Shown: one piece after another, positions 12,626 to 24,900 of the stretch
Position numbering within the stretch: the first letter of the stretch is position 1
Layout: each line of letters starts with the position of its first letter
Assembly: GCA_036172245.1 (NCBI GenBank)
Contig: JAYWIR010000006.1
Coordinates: forward strand, 5,022,001 to 5,086,000
Reading direction: 5' to 3'
DNA from: Raillietiella orientalis
Taxonomy: Eukaryota
Length of the DNA: 64,000 bases
The notes under the pieces: generated by a model
Databases searched by the model: none
Told to the model about the DNA's origin: nothing
Seen by the model: the letters and a program-made list of their open reading frames with translations, nothing else
Made by a program: the position numbers and the translations under genes

Positions 12626-13682
12626 GGCAGAAATCGAAACAGCACAGTGGTCTGTCTACCGTTTTACTGGAAGACTGTGGAAAATTGCTGGCGGCCTTCA
12701 GTGACATGCAGTCGCTTCGTTATCAGGATTTCGCCCAAGTGTGGCGCAAGCACAGTTTCTCCTTAATTTATTGGTGAGAAACTTACTTTCTGGATCGGCA
12801 GCTGGCTAACGATTAAAGCAGTGGCCGGCAAAGCTTTAGGGACCTCCTGTCATTTGCGGAGTGCGCCCTGCACATTGCCAAACAGTTTTGGTTTCCTCCC
12901 CATCAGTTTGCGATCCGCGTCGGTGCACTGTATCTCCTCTATGGCCTTTATTACAAGCAACCGTATAGGTGAGCCTCCTGGGCCCAATGAGGCAGCGATT
13001 GTTTTAGGTACTTGGCCAAGATTCGCCTTACGTGGTCAGAGTTGCTGGAAGTGCGCTGCTTTATCAACCACATAATAGCCGAGGAACACCATGACATTCA
13101 TTACGTATACCATAAGCTGTGGAGCGATCAGGCGTTTGTTTTTGCAGCCACACCTCGGCCTATGGGACCTGATGTATTCTACACGCCCACGTCGGTCATC
13201 AAAGGCAGCCTTTCCGATAGCGCGGATTCTTCCGGCTTGCGAGGTCATGTGTTCGACAAAGTAATCAGCCACCTCAGTGTAATGCACCACGATTACCAAA
13301 AGTTTCGGAGCTTGATGTACAAGCAAGATAACGAAACACACCCCAACGTCATAGAAAAGTTGAAAAGTTGCCTGGTCCCACAGAGCGCCGCCCCGAAGGT
13401 TTCGGATCCTGAAAGTGCAACCAGAGATGACATCGGTGAGTTCGGGACGTCAACGTGCTTTTCCACCCCTCGTGTGTCCGCGAAGGTGCCCGGCGCGCTG
13501 CCCTCAGGCAGAAGGCCTTCAGTTGTACCGCAGCGTCGAATCCACATGCACGCTTGTCCCAGAAGAGCGCCTTGTCCCAGTCTCAGGATGTCGCCGACGC
13601 CGAGACCAGAGCGCCCGGAGGCGGTGAACCTCCCGTCGGTGCGTTCGCAGTGGACATGCCCGACATCACAGACAAGCCTTAA
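12626..13682 (+). CDS. SNAPC1: snRNA-activating protein complex subunit 1 (SNAP43/Pbp45); initiating exon not identified
   Basis: Exons 12626-12773 (LLEDCGKLLAAFSDMQSLRYQDFAQVWRKHSFSLIYC), 12822-12968 (GRQ...FAIRVGALYLLYGLYYKQP), 13008-13435 (KIRLT...YHKLWSDQAFVFAA) and 13486-13682 (GARRAALRQKAF...MPDITDKP*). These match the SNAP43 N-terminal domain pattern. The last exon boundary is less certain. Confidence 0.9.
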
Positions 13683-13998
13683 TCCACATTGTGATTTATT
13701 TCATGAAATCGTAATCGTATTATTGTTACACAAGATAAATGCAATGCTTGACTTTGGGATCTTGGGTACAAATATTTATATTGACAACGGATTGTAAGAG
13801 GGCAATAGAGAAGTGCCTGTAATATTGCTAAAAGGTTTCAAACAATCTGTCTGGGGGAGGTTGTGGAAAATGCTGCTGCGGTTGATGGGATTTTCGGATG
13901 CTATTGTCATGTGTTGAGAGAGGAGAGAGATACTTGTAACCAGAATCCCCGTCGCTGCATTCATATTTGCAGGAAACATATCGCATTGCTAATGTAAC

Positions 13999-16900
13999 TT
14001 AGTACACCTTGAGTCTGCCATTTTCGTCAAAACCGGCAGAATGACCAGCGTTTCTGGCAACGAAGCTGTGTGCATCGTAGTGCAGTCGTCTTTCACCTCG
14101 TCGAACAAACAGATGAGGATTGTGACCCATGGATGCAGTAGCGTGGATGAAGGGAGTCGTGATGCTCGCAGTCCCCAGAGATGGCGAGGTCCGCAGCAAT
14201 CGTTTGCCGTTGTCACGCATCACCCTGAAAAGAAATGGCACCGTCATCCGAGTCCGAGCGCCGATCTCGCTCTGCAGATCCCATGCTGTGAAGCATTTGA
14301 GCCATCGTTCTGAGTGCCGATGCCCTGGCAGCTTCGGGGTTGCAGGCAAAGCAACTGGGAGAGCGGCCTTCTTCTGTTTCTCGGCACCTACGATGGTATC
14401 CGCTCGTTTGCTTCTTTCGCTGCAATCATTTACCGTTTTTCATGCCGTGTGAGAGGAGCTGCAAGCGCCGGTCGCAGTTGCGGGTTTTGAGCGTAGTGAC
14501 GAAAGCGCGGTGTGGTGGAAGTGGCGCCCTGTTCACAAAAATGGGAGTAAGTTTACGATTGCTGTGTTCACGTGTTTGAGAGTGGTGTTTCCAATTCCAT
14601 TTCCTGCTTTTAGAACAGCCTCGGCCACACGGTGTCTTCCCAGAGGTATGCGGTTCGTCGAAATTTGATCGAGCCCGGCGCCGCGGGATCGATGCGGGAA
14701 TGATTTAAGATCCGCCGCGGAACGGCTCGGCCGGGCCATGTCGTGGAGCAAAACTCTTTCCAAGTCTGCGGGTGTTTAACGGAACGACGCGTAGTTGCAG
14801 CAGAATGGGGACAAACGGAGTGGGCTGTGGGGAAAAGTTTGTTAAGAGTCTCTTCGAAAGAGGAGCCCCGTGCTCGTGTGCCCGTGCTTCCTCCACCCGG
14901 AACGGACCCTGCAGCGGTATTGGAGTCGTCGAGACATTCCGGAAGCAGCTTTGTGTCATACGCATAGTGGAATAGAGTGAGTGGCCAACAGCTTCGGGGA
15001 GGCTGGCGTATCCGTTTACGGTAGCACCCGACGAGCAATGAGTGCGTTCTCTGACAGGACTCCTTTGAGGAATTTTTTTTTTCCAATAAGGACCGAGAAG
15101 GGGAAAGGGAGGGAGTGCTTTCTTCTTCTACGGTGTACGTTCCCTGTGTATCCCCAAGAAAGCCACCCGAAAGTATTTTTTCTCGTATCGTTCTTTTTTT
15201 CCTTTCGAGATCTTCGATGGTGTCGGACTTCGTTTCAGTCAGTGCTTTCGCAGTTTTCGTTTCGAAATTGAGACGGTTGATGGAAACTTCCATAAATGGT
15301 GGATAGTTGTCGTGAGTGGAACTTACAAGGCAGACACGATCATCCAGCTTATCACCGCCCCGGGGATTACTTAATCTCTCCGCATTACCGAATATGACGG
15401 TAATGTCGATACTGCAGCATCAGCAGGTAACCACTTGAAGAAGAGTCAGTAACATCGAGTAGCAAGGATTCAGTCACCAGTTGTTCTCTTGGCAACCGGA
15501 CCCTTAGCAACAAAGCGGAATTCAGAAGGAAGGTAGCAAGCGTATCGTATAAGCTGCGCGTTCACCTTTCAGATAAGGTTGATGATCGTATGGGATGCGA
15601 CGAGACGGGTTGCAGGCACTCGAGGTGACTTCGCATCTCGCTCTTTGGGAGCCTTGCGTTTCCTAGCTGCACTTAATTTTGCTTGGGGGGGGGGGGGGGG
15701 GGACGATTTCCTGATTTCATTTTCGTGTATAGCGGGAACTGACGCGCATCTTAATCAAGAAGTGTGGGGAACGAAAAAAAAAAAATCATCCGATTTCGAA
15801 TGTATGTACTGAAGTGCATGTGTTTGAACCGGAAATAATGTTCGAGCGAGTACTTTGATTTTTGTCAAACTTTAAAAAGATCGGCCTGTGGTGGTTGGTG
15901 AAATAAGATTGAAAGTTCGGCAAGGGGCGTTGAATCCACGTGTGCGCCTACCACCACCACATGCTAACGCAGTGGCATCCACGCCCACCCGTCAGAAAGT
16001 GAATTTCTTTGCCACGCTGTGAAGTGCTGAAGAGTTGGGCTAAAGGCTTTGAAACGTTAACAACAAATGTTCTGAAGCTGCGCCCGTTGTGAGCTACAGA
16101 GGGACGTGTTGGCAAGCGGACACCATCGGTTTTCAATTCGTGCAGACCGCAGGGAAATGAAATATGGAAAACCCCCAAAAAGTACCAAGCGTATCCCGAA
16201 TTTGTGACGCAGTTGCCTAATGCGAAAAATTCCCTGGCGAGGCGAACCCCCGATCCGGGAACTCTTATCTTGCAGGAGAGCCGCCAGCACGAATGACATG
16301 GAGAGTGCGTTTCATAAACTGTGAAGGAGAAACTGTATGATAAACCCAAAGGCAGTGGGGGATGCGTCGAAATGATGGCAACGAGGAATGGCTTGCACAT
16401 CAGGAATGCCATCACTCTTATCAGTATCAACTCGGAAAAAGAAAACTGAAGAGAAGGCAGTGCAAAAATCTGTCAGACAGATAAATAAATTGCCACCAGT
16501 ACTGAAGACGCGCGCACGCGCACGTGATGCTCCAAGGGTTTTCGTCAGTTCTTGGGAAACTCAGTTCATGAAGTCAACACGGCAGGTCTGATTGCAAGAG
16601 TAGAGGCTGTAGAGGAACAGGCGGGTGCCAATGAGGCGGAGGCGACCAACAACACCAAAGTGGGCTTGCTTCGGTACTTCGTCCAAAGTACCGAAGAAGC
16701 TACCGGTACGTTTCCCTACGTGGTTTTAGGGAAATGCCGGAGGGCATGCGAGCTCGTGGTTTCTTGGGAGATCAGTTGGTTTCCCTGCATAGCTTTCCGT
16801 CGGCCATGGCCGGGGGAGACCGCCGCTGAGATGCTCCCCCTTTTCCCAGCGCCACCGCTTATCGTGCGGAAACGCGCGCGCGCACCTCCGAATAGGCCGT

Positions 16901-18503
16901 TTTTTTGCCACTATTAAGTGGCTGTTGGATTTTGAGCGCTGCGTCGACAACGAAAAGCGGACGGTATGGATCGTCAGCAAGTTCTTCAAGAGGTCTCTAC
17001 GAAACCTCTTCGAGATTCGGTTTGGGCCGGCAGATTACCGTTCTCGGACTAAGCATTTTTTTTTTTTTTTTTTTTCTTTTAGGTCCTCGGTAACATTCCC
17101 TGTGGATTTGGGAATGGAGCGTGCTTGTGGCACATGATTTCCCCCACGTAAAGCTTGGCATGCAGCGGTGACCCCTTCTCGAAATTCAAATTAAATTTCG
17201 ATTTGTGCAGGTGATCAAAGTGGCAGACCGGCGTGAAATGCTGGGTGCGAATTTCCGATGGTTCGGAAAGAGGCTCCGCGGTTCGGAAGCTTTTGGCGTC
17301 ATCACGAGCCTGCCCCATGGGCGCATTCAGGATGGTCCCCATTGTGTTTCCAGACACACTGCATCATGAAACATGCATGTTGATGCATGGAGGACTTGCG
17401 TCTGCCACTTACGTTCCAGGGTCGCTTATCATAATCACCATCACCAGGGGAACGCACACCTCTGGTGCAACCCATTCGTTATTCTTTGCCCTCCGGATCG
17501 CTTGTGAAGCTTTCGGCAGGCTCCGTTCGGTCCCGCTTTGTGTGATTTCCGATGCGCATTTAACGCTGTGATCAGAATCATCTACGCACGGCTATTCAAC
17601 GAGATCTAAAGGTACGACACGGTGGTTTAAATGCTCCGTCGCCAACGAAACGCAGCCCGTGCGATGGCCTTCGGCTCTGTCCGATGCGGAGGAGGAGCGG
17701 AGTCCCAGAACAAGTTCGCCGTTTCGTGTACGCCATGAGAACACTACAGAACGCGAAAACACCATCAAACTCGAGGCGCAGCGTCGCTACTTGTGCTGCA
17801 GACGCCGGGCGGAATCGCAGACGGATTGGCTCACACGGCCGGTCACACGGAGCCCCCATGCCGTCAGCGGCGCTACCCGATGGCGTAGGGGGCCAATTTT
17901 GGAGACGCGCGAGGCTCCTTGCGAGACGATGAAAGAGTTCCACCACGTGGCGCGCGCCCCGCCACGCCATGGTCTCAGAGAACAGACATCTCGCATTCCG
18001 GAAACGCGGCGTAATCGTTTGCGGATAAACTGAGATTTGTGAATCTATCGGAATCCGAAAGTGCGTCTCTGAAGAGCGGACCGCTCGAATAAAAGCAGTT
18101 CGGACCGTTTGCCGTTTCAATTTCGTTGGGCGGAAATCCGTCCAATGCCGAAAAAGCCAATGAAGAATGTGATTACCTAACTTGTCCATCTCTAGCTTGA
18201 GCTATTCTTATTCCGTTGATTATCCACACCTCTGCCCCATCATTAGTAACGTAGTATTGATAATTTTCCAAAACAGAGAAACACTCCCTAACACAATCCT
18301 GGCCCGTGTGCGATTCCCCAAAGTATATGTCCTGAGTAAAATCATAGTTCAGATTTGCGAACTGATCGGTGGTCGTTCTTGTTCCTGCTTGATCGACCAA
18401 ATATATTACGGCACAATTAGCAGAAGAAAAACTGACCCCTTTGTACCACATTTTTGCGAATCTAAGGAAGACAACTCGCATTAAGAAAACAACAACAACA
18501 ACA

Positions 18504-18538
<35 letters not shown>

Positions 18539-20877
18539 AGTGTGTTTCTCGAATAGAAGGTGCAGACGCAACACGTTTTTGATACGCCGAGCACTCAGAA
18601 AGAAAGAAAGAAAAGAAAAGCGGAAAGGGGCGCCGTCGTCTTTAGGCACGAGGATGTTCGCACAGCACACTGTGAAAATGCTACTGTTTAAGAAGATGCA
18701 GCTCTTTTCTAAAGAAATAAAACATTCGATTATTTCCAGAATTCATTATTTTGTTGGAATTCTTGGAAGCGTGGAATCGTGACCGAAACACAGTAATCGG
18801 ATATCATTTGAAAATGGAACAGTGGCAAAGTTCGCAGGCATCTGCGAAGCTGTCGGATTCTTCCTCGACTCGGATACTGCCGATGGACTCCGTAGGAGCA
18901 TTTCGGTTCCGAAGCCACCGAGTCTTACAAAGGCGGGACAAGACCGTACGTAAAGAGTTTCCAGGAAACGAGTGGCCAAAGACAACCAAGAGATGCTGTG
19001 ATGATTAGATTGAGGGTGGGGTCCACGGTCGCCGCATCGAAACCTGTTGCGAACGTTTCTATTCGTTTTCTTTCTTATGAGACGGTGCGGTCAACTGCCA
19101 AAACGAAAACTACGCACTTGTGATTGCCATCGGGGTCATTAGCTTGAATTTCTACTCTGCTCCCATACTGATAGATTCTCCCGTTAGGATGGATCAGTGC
19201 AGACGAAGTTCCACTAGAATTCAACGCCAGCACGATATTGTTCTGAAGGAAAGTAATGAATCGAGAGTGAGGGTTTTTTTTTTTTATTTTTTTTTTTTTA
19301 AAAAAAAAAAAAAAATACGAACCTGAAAGTTAATTATTCTCACGGATCGATCTAGAGTCATTTCGACCTTTAGCTTGTCTTTGAGCCGGAGAGAAATTGT
19401 TCCAAGTTGTGTCACAATAGGACCCCCGTAGCAGTTATCCAGACTGTCTTTCCACCCTTCAATTGGCTGTGCACCCTACAGTTGTCATGGAACCATGTAA
19501 ACCTCCCGTACTTCTCCGATGATGGCTGGATCTTGCGACATCAGTGAGGGCACCATTTTGGGCATTCTGGACCGTCCACTAATTGAGCGAAAATTGGGTC
19601 TTCCTCTATTAAGTCCTGGTAGGCGATAGCGGACAACTTCTCCTCTACCCAAGTGCCAACTATCAGGAACAGACTCATACTGTCCGAAATCATCGTAAAT
19701 CTAAGGGCAAAACTAGTGGGGAAGCATCTCGTATTGTCATTCATAAAAATTTCTATCATCTATCACTTTGATCACTACGATACACATTTCGTCCTTGACC
19801 CTTACAAATAACTATCGGCTACCTGTAAAAAAAAAAAAAAGAAATGTAATGTAGATGAGATACCAAATTTTTTAGGCCCACGTGCGTACGTATGTTTATA
19901 TGAGTATGTATGCGTGCATGCGTACACACATTGGAAATAGAAACGAAGATTTATGGTGAAAGCAAGAATTTCCGTTTGCCTCCACTTGGGAATTCTTCTA
20001 GTAATTTAATCTCTAGAACTCGGTAATTCGTCCATGCCTCTGCGTTCTCCACTGAGAATTAATGAGCTATGCCTTTTTTTTTTCCTTCTTCTTCCTTCCT
20101 TAATGGCGTTCTCAATAGGCTCGGTTAGATCGTGGTCATGGGAAGGCGTTCTCTCCAAAGCAAAGATATAAAAGTTTCGATCCTCTTTGGATGATGGCGA
20201 AAGAGTAACATCGCAAAGTGTGGTCGTTCACCGCCGGCTCGCCTGGAGCCGTTGGCGCAGCTTCCTCCCCCCCCCCCCCTCCAAATCTCTTGCATCATCC
20301 GACCGCGGAGGAAGCTGTCCGGTGACTCATCCCACCGGATACGGCGGGACTGCGAGCATCTCCTAGACTTTTTTTTTTTTCTCTTCCAGGGAGGGGGAGG
20401 GGAGGTTCTCTTCGGGCGGGATTCTCGTGGGTTTACATTGCGTTACATTCTGTACAAGCGAAACGCACGCGACTCCCTAAAACACATACCGACACTGAAC
20501 GTTCGAAGCACTCTCGCGGACTTTGGCGTACAATGTTACAGCATTCGACTTCGTACAGTTACACTTTCAATGTCTCTGCTCTCGGGATCAAAGGAAAGAA
20601 AAAAAAAACAGAACAAGGATATTCCAGCAGCAGCAGCAGCAGCAGCATGATCATTATTATGCTTATAGATTTTTTTTTTTTTGTTTTTTTCAAAAAGAAA
20701 GAAAGACAAATGTTCGGTATTGCCATGATAAATGATTACCTCGTAATGCTCTTCTGGATTGGTATGATAAGAATGAGCAGTATAAAGGCTCCGTGGCCGA
20801 ATGATCGTTGCACCTGTATTTTCTTCTACAGGCATTTCGTACGCAGTTTCCTCGAAATTTTCGTATTCTGTCCACAT
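13999..20877 (-). CDS. Conserved arthropod protein ending NAGHSAGFD..LKVY, possibly Wurstfest (fest)-like
   Basis: Phase-consistent exons 20877-20740, 19700-19512, 19475-19323 (GTISLRLKDKLKVEMTLDRSVRIINF), 19242-19118 (NNIVLAL...HPNGRIYQYGSRVEI), 18461-18177 (AKMWYKGVSF...YLVDQAGTRTTTD) and 14224-13999 (HLFVRRGERRLHYD...RNAGHSAGFDENGRLKVY*). The last four exons are well supported. The first two exons and the fest name (from memory) are tentative. Confidence 0.8.
14610..15293 (-). other. Unassigned 227-codon ORF inside the 3.95-kb intron
   Basis: ATG-initiated ORF with a charged, coiled-coil-like start (DTIEDLERKKRTIREKILSG). No family recognised. Confidence 0.25.
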
Positions 20878-21010
20878 GGTTTAGCCTGCTGTGATGATTG
20901 CAATGCTGTTGTTTGGAATGTTGTTTTTCTTTTTTTTCCTTTCCTTTCCTTTCTAGGTTCCGAAGTTTCAAACAATGCGATGCCATGGCAACTGTTGGTT
21001 GTAGTTTGGG

Positions 21011-21935
21011 CGAAATGGCGGCGAGATCACTCCGCGTACGGGCGAGCCCGCGGTGGACCACGCACCCCCGGGTCTTCCCGCGGGGAAGCCGCGAGCCAGC
21101 AGATGCCTCCCGGAGACCGGTAGCTGCGGGGTCGTCTGTCGGACGTCGGGGGGACGTTGCGGCGCGGTCAAAGGCGAAGGAAGAGGGGGAGGGGTTCGGG
21201 AGAAATGGCGGCGGGATCACTCCGCGTACGGGCGAGCCCGCGGTGGACCACGCACCCCCGGGTCTTCCCGCGGGGAAGCCGCGAGCCAGCAGATGCCTCC
21301 CGGGGACCGGTAGCTGCGGGGTCGTCTGTCGGACGTCGGGGGGACGTTGCGGCGCGGTCAAAGGCGAAGGAAGAGGGGGAGGGGTTCGGGAGAAATGGCG
21401 GCGGGATCACTCCGCGTACGGGCGAGCCCGCGGTGGACCACGCACCCCCGGGTCTTCCCGCGGGGAAGCCGCGAGCCAGCAGATGCCTCCCGGGGACCGG
21501 TAGCTGCGGGGTCGTCTGTCGGACGTCGGGGGGACGTTGCGGCGCGGTCAAAGGCGAAGGAAGAGGGGGAGGGGTTCGGGCGAAATGGCGGCAGGATCAC
21601 TCCGCGTACGGGCGAGCCCGCGGTGGACCACGCACCCCCGGGTCTTCCCGCGGGGAAGCCGCGAGCCAGCAGATGCCTCCCGGAGACCGGTAGCTGCGGG
21701 GTCGTCTGTCGGACGTCGGGGGGACGTTGCGGCGCGGTCAAAGGCGAAGGAAGAGGGGGAGGGGTTCGGGAGAAATGGCGGCGGGATCACTGCGCGTACG
21801 GGCGAGCCCGCGGTGGACCACGCACCCCCGGGTCTTCCCGCGGGGAAGCCGCGAGCCAGCAGATGCCTCCCGGAGACCGGTAGCTGCGGGGTCGTCTGTC
21901 GGACGTCGGGGGGACGTTGCGGTGCAGTCGAAGGC
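21011..21935. repeat. 190-bp GC-rich tandem array, about 4.9 near-identical copies
   Basis: Units start at 21011, 21201, 21391, 21581 and 21771 (xGAAATGGCGGC...GGGGTTCGGG) and differ by only a few substitutions. Confidence 0.97.
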
Positions 21936-24900
21936 GCGGCGAAGGCGAGGAAAGAGAAGGGGGGACGTCCCGCTCCTTGTGCGCGTAGGTAACGTCGTAG
22001 AGGAAAGCAATTGATCGGGAAGTGCTGCTTGTTGACTTTCCCGCCGGGATCCGGGACGCTGCGTAGTCCTCGGCAACTCGTTATCGCGTCGCTTCGGAGG
22101 ACGAGACCGTTGGAAATTGCGCAAGGGATGCAAGCACGTTCGAAGAACTCTGGAGCTCTGAAGGAAGTTTCGGAGTAAGGCGTAACGCAATTGAATGGGT
22201 GGACTGGAACGACAAATGTCTTTCGCCTTCCCCGTTGTTTTTTTTCTTTTCTTTTTTTGCGTGATTATTTTCATCGCCGTCTGTCTATTTTCCAGCTTCA
22301 TCCCGACTTGCACGTGTGAAGGGAAGGAGGGCAAGTGACTGGTATCCATACCATCGAGGTGGGGCTTCGAACATGTTTTTTGCGATGGCCTATTTACTTG
22401 GCTGCCTTCTCACGCAGTGATTTATGCCAAACACGATGAAAGGCGCAACGGGAATCCAACCATGAGGACTTCCATCGTACCGCCGCTGCCCAGCACGTGG
22501 CTCGTGGGCTGCGAAATTGGGAAGGTCCCTCTAAAGCTGACTTCGGCTAGCCAGCTCCACTTCCAAAGCGGACGCTGACGCTCTTCAGGAGAGCTTTGTT
22601 CCCGCTAACCTGACTTTCCCTCACCGGAAAAAAGGGAGGCACAGGTGGTTTTCGAGACGGCATTGTAGTTTCATTCTGTGGTGCTCCCGTCGATCGCCCG
22701 TCTCTTTTTCCTTTTTCAGCTGCCTTCGAGGAGTCCTTGAATGGCCAAGTGCGGGCAAAAGTGTTCTTGGGGCACCTCTGAAGCGCAGCTGGACGTGAGA
22801 GCATTGGAAACAAAATGGAAACACAGATTTGGTTCAGATTGGATTGACCACACCGTTCTCCCGTCGGACCAAGAGCGGAAAAAGGAAAGAATGAGCCGTA
22901 AATTGGGGAATTACCTACGGAAAATTGAATCGAAAGGTCGCTGATGAAAGGGATATCTGACTCGTGATTGCACAGAGATTCTTCTTTTTTTTTTCTTTTT
23001 TTCTTATTGCTATTGTTATTGGATCGAAAGTTCTCATGAATGCTGATTCCGTTTCGATCCAGCTTTCTCGAAAAGAGTTCTTCAGCCACATGCGGTGCTT
23101 CTCCCCTGTCGAAATGGAAATGTCGGAAAATAAATCAGGGCAGCCGAAAAATTCAAGAGCGTTGCGTCAACGAGAGGCGATCTGTCTGAAACGCAACGAC
23201 CAAACACACCTTCCTGCAAGTGTCAGGCTGTCGATCGGGCAAGGAAGACGCACTTCGGAGTGCGCAGACGGCGTAAAAGATCTGTCCAGCGTAACGTGGG
23301 GAGAGAGGAGGTAAACAGATTACTGTCAGCGTGGGCCCACCTTGCGGAGATCAACAGGGGATCAAGAGTTACCTACGAGCCGTACCGTGCCAAGAATCGG
23401 AGTTGTAGGTGAATTATGGGGTCTTCGTGCTGCAGGAATCCCTGCCGGTGGTAAAAATGTCCGGTAATTCCGCTCACGCGAGGTGCCGTATCTTCCAAAC
23501 CACCACTGCGGAGAACAGTGGCGCGGGAAAGTCGGACGTGGCTCTGCGCGAATATCCTCCACTGGAATTCAGAAAATGAAAGCGTGGAAGCACACGGCAC
23601 GTACGTACGCAGACCTTGGAAGGAGGCGCTAGTTCAGAACAAAATGGCCAAAAGGGGCCATAAAAAGAAAAAAAGCACACGCGCGCGCAGCAGTGAGGTC
23701 TTTGTTCAGCGCTTATTTCTATGCGATAAACGAAAATCCAGAGCAGATTTGTGTTTCCGACGATGCGGATGAGGAGCGGCTTCATGGTTCGACCTGTTGT
23801 GATGGTGTTCACAACATCCGACAACGCTTTCAGCTCCTCATGTAAGATGGGGATCACATGTACCACTCACTTTGCAGAAGGAGCCTCCATCAGCGACCAC
23901 AGCAGAATACCCAAAACAGGGGATGCCTTCTGCTCATGACACGCACACTGAATGAGCAATTTGGAATTTCGGGAAGCGCAACCATTTTAACTGCTTCAAA
24001 AAAAAAAAAAAAACAGCAAGAAGGCCCTAGGGTTTCACAGTAGGTTGCCTTTGTCAGGTTATGAAAAAAAACTTTCTGATGATGGGAACATTCGAAAATT
24101 ACGTTTCCTCTAGCATGGACAAATACAATGGAGTATGAGTGTTTGATGCTAAAGCGGGGATGAGTACGGCTGCATGCCACGAACGCCACGTCTGTTCCAC
24201 AGGCCCAGTGGAACCTATGGAATCATCTCCATAATCCAGCTAGAAGCCGTCAAGCACCCAGTGGTGCCACGTTGAGGGTCGTTCGGTTTGGGGCTCCCTG
24301 CAAGCTAGCCGACCGCCCCAGTCGCATTCATCCGCGTTTCCTTTCTCTCCTGCTCTTCCCCGAAACTTAGGTGTGCAGATCCGTTCCCACCCAGCAGCTA
24401 TCGTCGAAAAACTGCACCCAGAACCGAACCAAGTTGAACGACTCGGTCAGAGAAATGGCATTTCGTTTTCAGCACCGGGAAATTCAGCAGTGTGTTCTAA
24501 AGAGTCCGATTTCGAGCAGGCGATTGCAAGCTGCAGCGGCTGCCGAAAGAATGGACGAGGATTTCAGCATGCCTTCCTGGGTTTCTCTATCCGAGAAGAA
24601 AAAGCAGCGAACGAGGAGGAATGGCGTCTGCCGAAAGAGGCCAGTCTGATGAGTGTGGGTCCACACAGCAAAAGTTCGCGACGGGATCCCGTCCAGGTAG
24701 CACATGGTGATGAGGAAACGGTTGGGATGAGCAATGGTCATATGACCTTCTGCTCGGCTGCCTTCTCAAGAAGCGGATAAATCAACGTGGATCCCACCAG
24801 ATGGAACGGGCTGCCTGCGCAGGCCACAGATTCACAACTGACGTGCCTTCATCACGCACGTTCAGCACCTTCTTTCTGCTTCTGTTTTAAAGTAAATCTC

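Noticed and set aside
13436..13797. SNAPC1 C-terminus as read through in the ORF track
   Set aside because: A GTGAGT donor at 13436 and an acceptor at 13485 give a more SNAPC1-like ending at 13682.
16935..16955. 13-nt match to the 5' end of miR-981 on the minus strand
   Set aside because: The rest of the mature sequence diverges and no hairpin is evident.
21011..21935. CRISPR array or ribozyme multimer
   Set aside because: No unique spacers and a eukaryotic context. No hammerhead core, and the HDV-like TCCGCGT loop lacks a pairing P3 stem.
20690..22349. Many overlapping Arg/Gly/Pro-rich ORFs
   Set aside because: By-products of the GC-rich 190-bp repeat, whose unit length is not a multiple of 3 and which contains few stops.
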